DNA of 64,000 nucleotides from Candidatus Omnitrophota bacterium (GTDB lineage Bacteria; Omnitrophota; Gorgyraeia; JAZDFF01), in NCBI GenBank assembly GCA_043808095.1, contig JAZDFF010000031.1, positions 101,073 through 165,072 of the forward strand, given 5' to 3'. Below are positions 36,963 through 47,058 of the stretch, in pieces. The translations under genes and the position numbers were made by a program. The notes beneath the pieces are model-generated. The model saw only the letters and a program-made list of their open reading frames with translations. It did no database searches and was not told the DNA's origin. Numbering within the stretch: position 1 is the first letter of the stretch; every line of letters begins with the position of its first letter.

Positions 36963-39704
36963 CTACTTTCGGGACTCTCTACTTTTCAACACTGCCTGGG
37001 CTGCGGCTAAGGTTGCAATGGGAACGCGAAAAGGCGAACAGCTCACATAGTCCATACCTACAGAGTGACAGAATTCTACGGAACGCGGCTCACCGCCATG
37101 TTCGCCGCAAATCCCGACCTCAAGCTTAGGATTGGCCTTTCTTCCCCGTTCGATTCCTATCTTAATTAACTCGCCTATTCCTTCCTGGTCAATGCTCTGG
37201 AAAGGATCCTCAGGTAATATCCCTTTCTTGATATATTCAGGTAAAAAAGAGCCGATATCATCGCGGGAAAAACCGAATCCCATCTGGGTAAGGTCATTGG
37301 TGCCGTAAGAGAAAAATTGGGCGACAGTTGCGATTTTGCCGGCAACCAGGGCTGCGCGCGGAATCTCAATCATCGTGCCGAACATATGCTTGATTTTCTT
37401 TAAATTATATTTTTTGAGTGTCTCTTCATAAACTCTTTTGGCAATTATAAATTGGTCATTTAATTCTTTTACGTCACAGACAACCGGGATCATGATTTCC
37501 GGATATGGGTCTTTGCCTTCTTTGATAAGTTCAGCTGCGGCCTCAAAAATCGACTTGATCTGCATTATGCTAATCTCAGGATAGGTAACTCCAAGGCGCA
37601 CTCCCCGGTGGCCCATCATAGGGTTTGACTCGTGTAAATTCTCGGCACGGGAAGCTAATTCCTCCATGCTGATATTAAGGTCCCTGGCTAACTGTTCGAG
37701 TTTATCCTTATCGCGCGGGACAAATTCATGCAGGGGCGGGTCTAACAGGCGGATTACTACCGGATATCCATCCATTGCCTCAAGCGTGCCCTTGATATCC
37801 TTTTTCACGTGAGGATAAAGTTCATCAATGGCATGCTGCCTTTCATCTTTAGTCTTTGAAATAATCATCTTACGCAGGATAAAAAGCGACTCATCCGCGC
37901 CTTTGCCGTAAAACATATGCTCGGTCCTAAAAAGGCCGATGCCTTCTGCGCCGAACTGCCTGGCCCTTTGGGCATCAGAAGGGGTATCCGCATTGGTACG
38001 CACCCCCAGTTTTTTTACAGTGCGGCAGATCTTTAAAAATCCGTCTAAGACCTCGTTTTCCTCGCCTACATCCATCATAGGAAGCCTTCCTTCATAGACA
38101 TTGCCTTTGGTCCCGTTTAAGGTAACCCAGTCGCCTTCCCTTAAGGTTTTTCCTTCGCCAGACATGGTTTTTTGGTTGGCATCAATGTGCAAACTGCCGC
38201 AGCCGACAATACAACATTTGCCCCAACCGCGTGCCACTAATGCCGCATGCGAAGTCATCCCGCCCCGGGCAGTTAAAATTGCCTGGGCAGCGCGCATACC
38301 CTCGACATCTTCGGGATTGGTTTCTTCGCGCACCAGGATTACTTTTTTGCCCTGTTTATTCCACTCTACGGCTTCATGGGCAGAGAATACGATCTGGCCG
38401 TTAGCGCCGCCTGGTCCGGCAGGCAAACCTTTAGCCAGAGGCTTATGCGTCATTTCAGCCTTTGGGTCAATAACCGGATGCAGTAATTCATCAAGCTGAG
38501 CTGGCGTAACCCGCATTATTGCGGTATCTTTTTTAATCAATTTTTCGCTAATCATATCCATGGCCATGCGTATTGCTGCCGGTCCGTTACGTTTTCCTAC
38601 GCGGCATTGCAGCATAAAGAGCTTGCCTTTTTCAATGGTAAATTCGATATCCTGCATATCATGGTAATGTTTTTCAAGGCGATTCTGGATGTTATAAAGC
38701 GCCTGATAAATCTCGGGCATGGCAATCTCTAAAGTTACCAGGTCCTTATTATGTTCAGACGTCGAATATTTATTTATAGGCGCAGGCGTGCGGATTCCCG
38801 CAACCACGTCTTCTCCCTGGGCATTGATTAAATATTCGCCGTAAAATTCGCTTTCTCCGTTTCCGGGGTTTCGCGTAAAGGCTACACCGGTTGCGGAATC
38901 TGTCCCCATATTACCAAAGACCATGGTCTGGACTGTTACTGCCGTGCCCCATTCATCAGGGATATTTTCTATGCGCCGGTAACTTATGGCACGCCTTCCG
39001 TTCCAGGAGGAAAATACCGCGCCGATCCCGCCCCATAACTGTTCGTTATGTTCGTCGGGAAAATCCTTTTTTAGGACCTCTTTAATCCTGGCCTTAAATT
39101 GAGCGCAGAGTTTCTTTAAATCTTCGACGGTTAAATCGGTGTCGGTTTTATAGCCCTTTTCGTTTTTAGCCTGACGCATAATACGCTCTAATTGTTTACG
39201 TATTCCGGATTCATCATCCTTGGGTTCGATGCCTGAGGCCTTTTCCATGACTACGTCTGAATACATCATAATCAGCCTGCGATAGGCATCATAGACAAAA
39301 CGGGAATTCCCGCCTGACTGCTTTATCAGGCCGGGGATAGTTTTTTCGGTTAATCCGACATTTAAAACCGTCTCCATCATCCCGGGCATTGATTTACGCG
39401 CCCCGGAACGCACTGAAACCAATAGCGGATTGTTCGCGTCGCCAAATTTCCTGGCCATTAATTTTTCTATTCTACCCATGGCATTATCGACTTCATCTTT
39501 GAGGCCCTGGGGATAATGTTTACGGTTTTTATAATAAAATGTACAAACCTCGGTGGTAATAGTAAATCCGGGCGGAACAGGAAGCTGTAAATCTTTATGG
39601 CCGGCCATCTCTGCAAGGTTTGCCCCTTTGCCGCCAAGAAGATTCTTCATGCTCTCATTTCCATCGGCCTTTCCGCCACCAAAGAAGTAGACGAATTTTT
39701 TCAT
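36963..39704 (-). CDS. ppdK: pyruvate, phosphate dikinase
   Basis: 913 aa, N-terminal MKKFVYFFGGGKADG…LLGGKGANLAEM, a GGMTSHAALVARGWGKCCIVGC phospho-His domain, and a C-terminal PEP-utilising TIM barrel. Confidence 0.9.
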   Translation of the reverse strand: MKKFVYFFGGGKADGNESMKNLLGGKGANLAEMAGHKDLQLPVPPGFTITTEVCTFYYKNRKHYPQGLKDEVDNAMGRIEKLMARKFGDANNPLLVSVRSGARKSMPGMMETVLNVGLTEKTIPGLIKQSGGNSRFVYDAYRRLIMMYSDVVMEKASGIEPKDDESGIRKQLERIMRQAKNEKGYKTDTDLTVEDLKKLCAQFKARIKEVLKKDFPDEHNEQLWGGIGAVFSSWNGRRAISYRRIENIPDEWGTAVTVQTMVFGNMGTDSATGVAFTRNPGNGESEFYGEYLINAQGEDVVAGIRTPAPINKYSTSEHNKDLVTLEIAMPEIYQALYNIQNRLEKHYHDMQDIEFTIEKGKLFMLQCRVGKRNGPAAIRMAMDMISEKLIKKDTAIMRVTPAQLDELLHPVIDPKAEMTHKPLAKGLPAGPGGANGQIVFSAHEAVEWNKQGKKVILVREETNPEDVEGMRAAQAILTARGGMTSHAALVARGWGKCCIVGCGSLHIDANQKTMSGEGKTLREGDWVTLNGTKGNVYEGRLPMMDVGEENEVLDGFLKICRTVKKLGVRTNADTPSDAQRARQFGAEGIGLFRTEHMFYGKGADESLFILRKMIISKTKDERQHAIDELYPHVKKDIKGTLEAMDGYPVVIRLLDPPLHEFVPRDKDKLEQLARDLNISMEELASRAENLHESNPMMGHRGVRLGVTYPEISIMQIKSIFEAAAELIKEGKDPYPEIMIPVVCDVKELNDQFIIAKRVYEETLKKYNLKKIKHMFGTMIEIPRAALVAGKIATVAQFFSYGTNDLTQMGFGFSRDDIGSFLPEYIKKGILPEDPFQSIDQEGIGELIKIGIERGRKANPKLEVGICGEHGGEPRSVEFCHSVGMDYVSCSPFRVPIATLAAAQAVLKSRESRK

Positions 39705-39777
39705 TACTAAAAAATCCCCCTTTCTAACTACAGGCTTACGCCTGTAGAATTCCCCATACGTAAGTATGGGGTAAACG

Positions 39778-41136
39778 CTATGCTAATTTCTGCAATAGAT
39801 ACTCTTTTAGTTTATCTACGCTGATGCGCTCCTGCTTCATAGTATCGCGCTCGCGTACGGTCACTTGTTTATCTTCTAAACTCTGCACATCTACCGTCAC
39901 GCAAAAAGGCGTTCCGACCTCATCCTGCCTACGATAAAGTTTTCCAATAGCTGCAGTATCATCATAAACACAGACCAATGATTTTTTTAAATCTTGGGTT
40001 ATCTTTTTGGCTAACTCTACAATCTCTGGACGATTCTTTAAAAGCGGCAGCACAGCCACTTTATTGGGAGCCAGATCTTTATGGAGTTTTAAGACTACGC
40101 GTAAGTCATCTTTGACCCCATTAGAAATATTCGGGTTTTCTTTATCAATAAATTTTCTAACGGGGTGAACTTTTTCCTCGTGGTAGGCATCAACCAAAAA
40201 TGCCAAAAGCGCCCGGTCTACGCCTCCGGATGGCTCAATGATAAAAGGATAATATCTAACTTTGGTTTCTTCATCAAAATAACTTAAGTCTTTGCCGCTG
40301 ATCTGGGCATGTTGTTTTAAATCGAAGTCCGTACGATTGGCAATTCCTTCCAACTCGCTCCATCCGAAGGGAAAATTATATTCAATATCAGTGCAGGCCC
40401 GAGCATAATGGGCAAGTTCGTCTTTTCCGTGAGGGCGTTTTCTTAGGTTTTCTTTTTTCATCCCTAAATTAAGATACCAGTCAAAACGTTCGTTAATCCA
40501 CTCTTCTAATTTATTATCGGCATCTTGGGGCTTAACAAAATATTCAATCTCCATCTGCTCGAATTCGCGGGTGCGGAAGGTAAAATTACCGGGGGTAATT
40601 TCATTTCTGAAGGCCTTGCCGATCTGGGCCAGGCCAAAAGGAAGTTTGGGATGGCGGGAATCAAGGATATTAGCGAAATTTACAAACATGCCTTGGGCGG
40701 TTTCAGGGCGCAGATAAATAAGGTTAGTAGTATCTTCAACCGGGCCCTGATGAGTCTTAAACATCAGGTTAAACGGCCGGCTTTCAGTCAACTCTCCGCC
40801 GCACTCAGGACATTTATTTTTATTCTTTAGGTCTTGAGTCTTAAAACGCTTTTTGCAGGCCTTACAGTCGCTTTTTAAATCAAAAAAATTCTGCACATGA
40901 CCGGATGCCTCCCAAACCTTAGGATGCATAAGGATGGCTGCGTCCATGCCCAGGATGTCATTACGTTCCCAGACAACTGCCCTCCACCAGGCGCGTTTCA
41001 GGTTATTTTTTATTTCCACGCCAAACGGGCCGTAATCCCAGGTATTGGCAAGGCCCCCGTAAATATCGCTGCCCTGAAAGATTATCCCGCGGCGTTTGCA
41101 GAGAGATACTATTTTTTCCATTGAATCTTGACTCAT
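39778..41136 (-). CDS. glyQS: glycine--tRNA ligase (dimeric class II type)
   Basis: Conserved N-terminal block …CKRRGIIFQGSDIYGGLANTWDYGPFGVE…, class-II motifs, and a C-terminal anticodon-binding domain. Confidence 0.85.
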   Translation of the reverse strand: MSQDSMEKIVSLCKRRGIIFQGSDIYGGLANTWDYGPFGVEIKNNLKRAWWRAVVWERNDILGMDAAILMHPKVWEASGHVQNFFDLKSDCKACKKRFKTQDLKNKNKCPECGGELTESRPFNLMFKTHQGPVEDTTNLIYLRPETAQGMFVNFANILDSRHPKLPFGLAQIGKAFRNEITPGNFTFRTREFEQMEIEYFVKPQDADNKLEEWINERFDWYLNLGMKKENLRKRPHGKDELAHYARACTDIEYNFPFGWSELEGIANRTDFDLKQHAQISGKDLSYFDEETKVRYYPFIIEPSGGVDRALLAFLVDAYHEEKVHPVRKFIDKENPNISNGVKDDLRVVLKLHKDLAPNKVAVLPLLKNRPEIVELAKKITQDLKKSLVCVYDDTAAIGKLYRRQDEVGTPFCVTVDVQSLEDKQVTVRERDTMKQERISVDKLKEYLLQKLA

Positions 41137-41137
41137 T

Positions 41138-41980
41138 TTATTTAGTTTTTAATTTAGATAATTCCTCTTCTTTTATGCTAAAACTATGCTCTTTTGTCGG
41201 AAAAGCCCGATCCTCTACTTCTTTCTTGTATTCTTTGATTGCCTCTAAAATAATGCTTGAGGCATTTACGTATTGCTTGACAAACTTAGGCTTAAAACGT
41301 TCAAAGAGGCCGAGCATATCATGAGTAACTAAAACCTGCCCATCGCAATTTATGCCTGCGCCGATTCCGATGGTCGGTATTTTTAATTTTTGGGTTATAA
41401 GCTCAGCAATCTTATCCGGCACACATTCTAAGACGATAGAAAAACATCCCAGGCGCTCTAAATCCTGGGCTTGTTTAATCAGCCTTTGGGCTGCCTCGGC
41501 GTCTTTTCCCTGGACCTTAAAACCGCCCAGCTTATCCGCGGTCTGGGGGGTCAGGCCGATATGGCCCATCACCGGAATTCCCGCTTTAATAATCCTCTCT
41601 GTTACCTCAAGGCATTTATCAAACCATTCTAATTTTATAGCATCGCAATTTGCCTCTTTAATAAACCTCTCGGCATTTTTAACCGAGGCCTCAATATCCA
41701 CCTGATATGACTCATAAGGCATATCACCGACCACCAGGGCAGTCTTTACTGCCCGGGTTACTGCCTTGGCATGATGCAACATCTCAGCCATGCCGACTTT
41801 GGTGGTTGAGTCCAGTCCCAATACCACGTTAGCCAGAGAATCTCCCACCAGAATCATATCAATCCCTGCCTTATCAACTAGGGACGCTAAAGGATAGTCA
41901 TAAGCAGTGAGCATGGTAATGGCCTGGCCGCTTTTTTTCTTTTTTAGGATATCCCCGACAGTAACTTTTTTAATTTCCAT
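41138..41980 (-). CDS. panB: 3-methyl-2-oxobutanoate hydroxymethyltransferase
   Basis: …ITMLTAYDYPLASLVDKAGIDMILVGDSLANVVLG…. Confidence 0.85.
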   Translation of the reverse strand: MEIKKVTVGDILKKKKSGQAITMLTAYDYPLASLVDKAGIDMILVGDSLANVVLGLDSTTKVGMAEMLHHAKAVTRAVKTALVVGDMPYESYQVDIEASVKNAERFIKEANCDAIKLEWFDKCLEVTERIIKAGIPVMGHIGLTPQTADKLGGFKVQGKDAEAAQRLIKQAQDLERLGCFSIVLECVPDKIAELITQKLKIPTIGIGAGINCDGQVLVTHDMLGLFERFKPKFVKQYVNASSIILEAIKEYKKEVEDRAFPTKEHSFSIKEEELSKLKTK

Positions 41981-43365
41981 TAATTATGTGATTTAATGTA
42001 TTTATCGATTTGCACTGCTGCTTTTTTGGCTGCGCCCATTGCAGAGATTACCGTATCCGCACCGGTAACAATATCTCCGGCGGCAAATACCCCGGGAATC
42101 GAGGTCATATAAGTGGCTTTATCAATCCAAACGGTCCCATCTTCGTTGGTCTTTAGTTCTGACGTGGCTTTGGCAATTAAGGGATTAGGACTTTGACCAA
42201 CAGCAACAATCACAGTGTCTACGGAAAGCGTAAATTCAGAGCCTTTTATAGGGATAGGCCTCGGCCTTCCGCTGGCATCAGGCTCGCCTAATTGCATCTT
42301 TAGGCATTTAAGGCCTTTAACCTTGCCATTTTCATCTCTCAAAATTTCTACAGGCTGGGTCAGGAGATTAAAGATTAAGCCTTCATCTTTGGCATTCTCT
42401 ACCTCTTCATGCCTGGCCGGCATTTCACTTTCGGAACGACGGTAAACCAGGTATACTTTTTTACCCAGGCGGATGGAAACTCTCGCGCAGTCAAATGCCA
42501 CGTTTCCTGCGCCGATTACTGCTACGGTATTTCCGATATTTAGGGGCGTGGCGTATTCCGGGAATAGATAGGATTTCATCAGATTATTGCGTGTTAAGAA
42601 TTCATTGGCAGAATATACGCTGATAGAATTTTCACCCGGTATTCCTAAAAATTGGGGCAGGCCTGCGCCAGTTGCCAGCAATATGGCTTCATAGCCTTCA
42701 GCAAAAAGTTCATCTATGATATGGGTCTTTCCGATAAGAATATTGGCCTCTACTCCAACCCCTAACGATTTAATATAATCTACTTCAGAAAGAACAATCT
42801 GTTTAGGAAGCCTAAACTCGGGGATTCCGTACATTAAAACCCCGCCCGGCAGATGCAGGGATTCAAACAAGCTTATAGAGTATCCTATTTTAGCAAGATC
42901 TGCGGCTGCTGTCAAGCCGGCTGGGCCGCTTCCCACCACAGCAACCTTAAAACCACTTGATTTTGGTCGTGTGGTGGGGGTTTTCGATTTTCGATTTTCG
43001 ATTTTCGATTTTCGATCTATTCCACAGTCTGCTGCGTATCTCTCCAGGGCCCCGATATCGATGGGATTACCTTTCTTATTTAAAACGCATTTAAGCTCAC
43101 ATTGATTCTCCTGGGGACAGACCCTGCCGCAGACTGCAGGCAGGTTATTTTTCTCTTTAATTTTTTCCAAGGCCTCTCTGGGCTTACCCTCTGAAATGAG
43201 CTTAATAAATTCGGGAATCTCAATTTCTACCGGGCAACCCTCTACGCAAAAAGGTTTTTTACACTGAAGACAGCGTTTGGCCTCGGCAAGCGCCTCTTCT
43301 TCAGTCATGCCTAAGGCTACTTCAAAGAAATTCCTTATTCTTTCTTGGGGTTTTTGTTTTCGCAT
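41980..43365 (-). CDS. GltD/SudA/NfnB-like NAD(P)H-dependent FAD/Fe-S oxidoreductase subunit
   Basis: N-terminal Cys clusters (CLQC…C…GCP, CGRVCPQENQCELKC) and a VAVVGSGPAGL FAD/NAD Rossmann. It contains the RKSKIENRKSK microsatellite-encoded insert. Confidence 0.75.
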   Translation of the reverse strand: MRKQKPQERIRNFFEVALGMTEEEALAEAKRCLQCKKPFCVEGCPVEIEIPEFIKLISEGKPREALEKIKEKNNLPAVCGRVCPQENQCELKCVLNKKGNPIDIGALERYAADCGIDRKSKIENRKSKTPTTRPKSSGFKVAVVGSGPAGLTAAADLAKIGYSISLFESLHLPGGVLMYGIPEFRLPKQIVLSEVDYIKSLGVGVEANILIGKTHIIDELFAEGYEAILLATGAGLPQFLGIPGENSISVYSANEFLTRNNLMKSYLFPEYATPLNIGNTVAVIGAGNVAFDCARVSIRLGKKVYLVYRRSESEMPARHEEVENAKDEGLIFNLLTQPVEILRDENGKVKGLKCLKMQLGEPDASGRPRPIPIKGSEFTLSVDTVIVAVGQSPNPLIAKATSELKTNEDGTVWIDKATYMTSIPGVFAAGDIVTGADTVISAMGAAKKAAVQIDKYIKSHN

Positions 43366-44174
43366 GTCTTAAAAATCGACTGCTCCTGTTCTTTGAAAGA
43401 ATTGAGTCGCTGCCTTAACTCCTTAAAGTCAACCAAATGGGCATCAAATTCCGGACCATCCACACAACCGAATACGGTTTTACCCGCTACCTTACAGCGG
43501 CAGGCACCGCACATGCCGGTGGCATCGACCATTATGGGATTAAGGCTGACCACGGTCTTTATTTTAAATGGGAGTGTTTCTTTGGCTACGGCCTCCATCA
43601 TCAGTACCGGGCCAATAGCATAGACTAAATTTATAGGTTGCCGGTTTAAAATCTGTCTTAATATTTCGGTAACAAAACCCTTTTGGCCGTATGAGCCGTC
43701 GTCGGTAGTGATATAAAGTTCTTTGGAAACTGATTTCATCTCATCTTCCAGAATAAGCAGATTCTTAGAACGGCTGCCGATTATACCTAAACAAGAGTTT
43801 CCCGCTTCTTTAAAAGCCCTGGCAACAGGAAAGAGTTCTGCCACCCCAACTCCGCCTCCTACGCAAACAACCGTACCAAACTTCGCAATCTCGGTAGGCC
43901 TGCCTAACGGCCCAAGCAGGCTGTAAATTTTATCTCCCTCACTTAATTCGCCTAATTTCCTGGTAGAAAAACCCACCTCCTGGAATATTAAAGTTATTGT
44001 CCCCTTAACAGAATCCCAATCAGCAATAGTCAGAGGTATACGTTCTCCAAAACTATCCACTATAACTACCACAAACTGACCAGGTTTAGCCTTCTGGCTG
44101 ATAATAGGCGCATTGACTTCTAACAGCTTGATACCTTCGGCTAACTCTTTTTTATTAATTATTTTGAACATCAT
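43335..44174 (-). CDS. NfnA/SudB/PyrK-like FAD- and 2Fe-2S-binding electron-transfer subunit
   Basis: FNR-like N-terminal barrel, and a C-terminal CGACRC…C cluster. Overlaps partner gene by 31 nt. Confidence 0.7.
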   Translation of the reverse strand: MMFKIINKKELAEGIKLLEVNAPIISQKAKPGQFVVVIVDSFGERIPLTIADWDSVKGTITLIFQEVGFSTRKLGELSEGDKIYSLLGPLGRPTEIAKFGTVVCVGGGVGVAELFPVARAFKEAGNSCLGIIGSRSKNLLILEDEMKSVSKELYITTDDGSYGQKGFVTEILRQILNRQPINLVYAIGPVLMMEAVAKETLPFKIKTVVSLNPIMVDATGMCGACRCKVAGKTVFGCVDGPEFDAHLVDFKELRQRLNSFKEQEQSIFKTCENKNPKKE

Positions 44175-45129
44175 CTGTGGTTTTTATTTGCACTTCTATG
44201 TCCTTAAATTTTTTAGCCAGTGTTTCGCCTCTAACTTTTCCCAAGACAAAAATAGCGGTAGAAAGAGCATCTGCAGTTGTCCCGTCAGGCGCAATAACCG
44301 TTACCGAGGCAATTTTATTGTCTGCGGGATAGCCTGTTCTGGGATCAATGATATGGCTGTAGTGCCTGTGGTTTAAGATAAAATATTGTTGATAATTCCC
44401 AGAGGTCGCTACGGCTCTATCAACGAGTTTTAAATAACCCAAAATTTTGGATGAGTCTCTTGGATCCTGAATGCCTATATTCCAGGGTCTCCCGTTATTT
44501 GTGCCCAGACAATATATTTGTCCGCCGGCATTAATCAGGGCATCATTTATGCCTGATTTTTTTAGCTCCTCTATCGCCTCATCAACCGCATAGCCTTTGG
44601 CAATAGCACCCAGGTCAATATTTAGGCCTTTTTTTGTAAATTTTATCACGTAATCATTTCTGTCGATACTAATATTATCCATGCCGATTAAATTCTTGGC
44701 CTTATTTATCTGAGATTCAGATGGCAATTCTTTAGTCTTTATGGCGTGTTTCCACAAATCTACCAAGGGGCTTACCGTAATATCAAATGCGCCGTTGCTA
44801 ATTTGATGAAAATATTTTGCTCTCTCTATAATTTTTATGAGTTCATTGCTGACTTTTAAGGCACCGAGTTTATTAAGCCTAGAGACCTCACTTTGGGGAT
44901 CGAATTTATTAAATATAGTCTCAAGTTCTTTTATGTGAGCAAATACTATTCTTGACGCTGACTTGTTACTCGAGGTGACTTCTACAAAAGTGCCTAGGTG
45001 TAATTGCGTTTCTTTGTAAAGAGGCTTGTTTTGACAGCCGTATAGTAAAGTAGCGAGTAGCCCCGAAAGCAGTATTACTGTGAAGACATGCATAGGGATC
45101 CCGAAGATAGACTTCTTGAGTATCTTCAT
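44155..45129 (-). CDS. apbE: FAD:protein FMN transferase ApbE lipoprotein
   Basis: Lipobox …LLYGC after the MKILKK start at 45129, and a GAIAKGYAVDEA motif. Confidence 0.7.
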   Translation of the reverse strand: MKILKKSIFGIPMHVFTVILLSGLLATLLYGCQNKPLYKETQLHLGTFVEVTSSNKSASRIVFAHIKELETIFNKFDPQSEVSRLNKLGALKVSNELIKIIERAKYFHQISNGAFDITVSPLVDLWKHAIKTKELPSESQINKAKNLIGMDNISIDRNDYVIKFTKKGLNIDLGAIAKGYAVDEAIEELKKSGINDALINAGGQIYCLGTNNGRPWNIGIQDPRDSSKILGYLKLVDRAVATSGNYQQYFILNHRHYSHIIDPRTGYPADNKIASVTVIAPDGTTADALSTAIFVLGKVRGETLAKKFKDIEVQIKTTDDVQNN

Positions 45130-45175
45130 TCGGGACAAGTAGCGAGTAAGGCAATCTTTAGCGATGAATGAATTT

Positions 45176-46897
45176 TCATTTTTTAATTGTTTTAAGCAAT
45201 TTTTCGACTGATAAACTATTAAGAACGTCTTCCTTCTCCAGCCATCCGCGCCGAGCAACCGAAAGACCTAAATGCATAGAATAAAGCTGTTCAGCAGTAT
45301 GGCTATCTGTGCCAAGAGAAATCTTAACGCCCCACTCCTTAGCCTGACGGCAGTGCAGGTCATTTAAATCCAGTCGATTGGGAAAGGTATTAATCTCTAA
45401 GGCAGTATTAGTATCTTTAGCCACAGACAAAACCTTTTCAAAATTCAAAGGATAGCCATCGCGGCTGCCCCAGAGCCTTCCGGTGGGATGTGCGATAATA
45501 TGGACGTATTTATTTTTACAGGCCCGGGTAATCCTTTTAGTGAGTTGTTCGCTTGATTGTTTAAATCCCGAATGTATTGCCGCAACCACAATATCAAATT
45601 CCTTTAAAACCTCATCCTTATAATCAAGTTCGCCCTGGGAATTAATATCGACCTCTGTACCGTAAAGAATCCTAAAATTTGAAAGTTTTTTGTTCAGTTT
45701 ATCGATCTCGTTTTTCTTCTTATTTAACTGCCCGATAGTCAGGCCTCTGGCAATCTTAAGGCTCTGTGAGTGGTCAGTTACAGCAATATAACTAAATCCT
45801 ATTTTTTGGGCGGCATTGGCCATCTCTAAAATAGAGCTGCCTCCGTCAGACCAGGTAGAATGCGCATGCAGGTCGCCTTTGATATCGGAAAATTTGATAA
45901 GCTCTGGGAGTTTGTGGGCTAGGGCTAATTCAATCTCTCCGGTATCCTCGCGTAGTTCCGGCTCAATATAATCAAGACCTAAAATCTTAAATATCTCCTC
46001 TTCTGTTTTGCCGCAAACAAAGGTTTCGCGGGCCCCTTTAACCGAAAATACCCCGTACTCATTTATCTTTAATTTCTTTTTTATGGCCAGTTGCCTTAAT
46101 TTGATGTTAAGGTTTTTTGAGCCGGTAAAGTACATTAGCGCAGCACCGAATGATCGCGATTTTACCGCCCTCAAATCTACCTGAATGCCTTCATGCGTAA
46201 GTATTGAGGACTTTGTTTGCCCTTTTGCTAAAACATCCTTTACCCCAGGTATCCTTACAAATACCTCCATGATTTTTTCAGGATGCGCGGAAATTACCAG
46301 GATATCGATATCGCGCACGGTCTCTTTCATCCGCCGCAATGAACCGGCAACGCTGATTTTACTCACTTCTTTTAATTTTTCCAGAGGACTGATAAAGTCG
46401 CTTGATGCTGACATGGCTTTAGCCAAAGGCATACGCTCCCTGCCTTTTTTGATCAGCTCAATACCTTTTAAAATATTCTCGACCGTCTTCTCTTTGATAT
46501 TAGGCAGTCCCAATAATTTTCCGCTTCGGGCAAATTTCTCCAGACTATCAACATCCTGCATTTTTAGTTCATCTAATAATAATTTTGCGGTTTTAGGGCC
46601 TATTCCTGGAATATCCAGGATCTCCAGGAATCCTTTAGGAATTTGTCTTTTTAAGTCTTCATAAAATTTAAGATGTCCGGTCATAATGATTTCTTTTATC
46701 TTTCTTTCCAGGTCTTTTCCTATTCCCGGCAATTCCCTGAGCCTGTCCTGATTGGCGTATTCAATAATATCCTCGGTCATCCCCTCTAGATTCAAAGCGA
46801 CCCGTTCATAGGCGCGTATCCTAAAAGGGTTGTCGCCTTTAATTTCCAAAATCTTGGCAATATTTCTGAAGATTGAGGAGATTTCTAGATTTTTCAT
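45176..46897 (-). CDS. polX: family X DNA polymerase with C-terminal PHP 3'-5' exonuclease domain (PolX)
   Basis: HhH motifs (LPGIGKDLERKI, IPGIGPKTAKLL), Pol-beta nucleotidyltransferase GS…DID, and PHP HAHSTWSDG…TDH. Confidence 0.8.
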   Translation of the reverse strand: MKNLEISSIFRNIAKILEIKGDNPFRIRAYERVALNLEGMTEDIIEYANQDRLRELPGIGKDLERKIKEIIMTGHLKFYEDLKRQIPKGFLEILDIPGIGPKTAKLLLDELKMQDVDSLEKFARSGKLLGLPNIKEKTVENILKGIELIKKGRERMPLAKAMSASSDFISPLEKLKEVSKISVAGSLRRMKETVRDIDILVISAHPEKIMEVFVRIPGVKDVLAKGQTKSSILTHEGIQVDLRAVKSRSFGAALMYFTGSKNLNIKLRQLAIKKKLKINEYGVFSVKGARETFVCGKTEEEIFKILGLDYIEPELREDTGEIELALAHKLPELIKFSDIKGDLHAHSTWSDGGSSILEMANAAQKIGFSYIAVTDHSQSLKIARGLTIGQLNKKKNEIDKLNKKLSNFRILYGTEVDINSQGELDYKDEVLKEFDIVVAAIHSGFKQSSEQLTKRITRACKNKYVHIIAHPTGRLWGSRDGYPLNFEKVLSVAKDTNTALEINTFPNRLDLNDLHCRQAKEWGVKISLGTDSHTAEQLYSMHLGLSVARRGWLEKEDVLNSLSVEKLLKTIKK

Positions 46898-47058
46898 AAT
46901 TTGAGACCGTTGAAGAAGCCTATTTTGAACAGATTAACACCCATACCGAAGAAAATCTGTGTCCATCTGTGTATAATTGAGCTTTTCAATACTCTCAATT
47001 TATAATTTGAAATTATATTATCATCCCTTTGACTCCATCTGTCAACATTTAAGATTAA

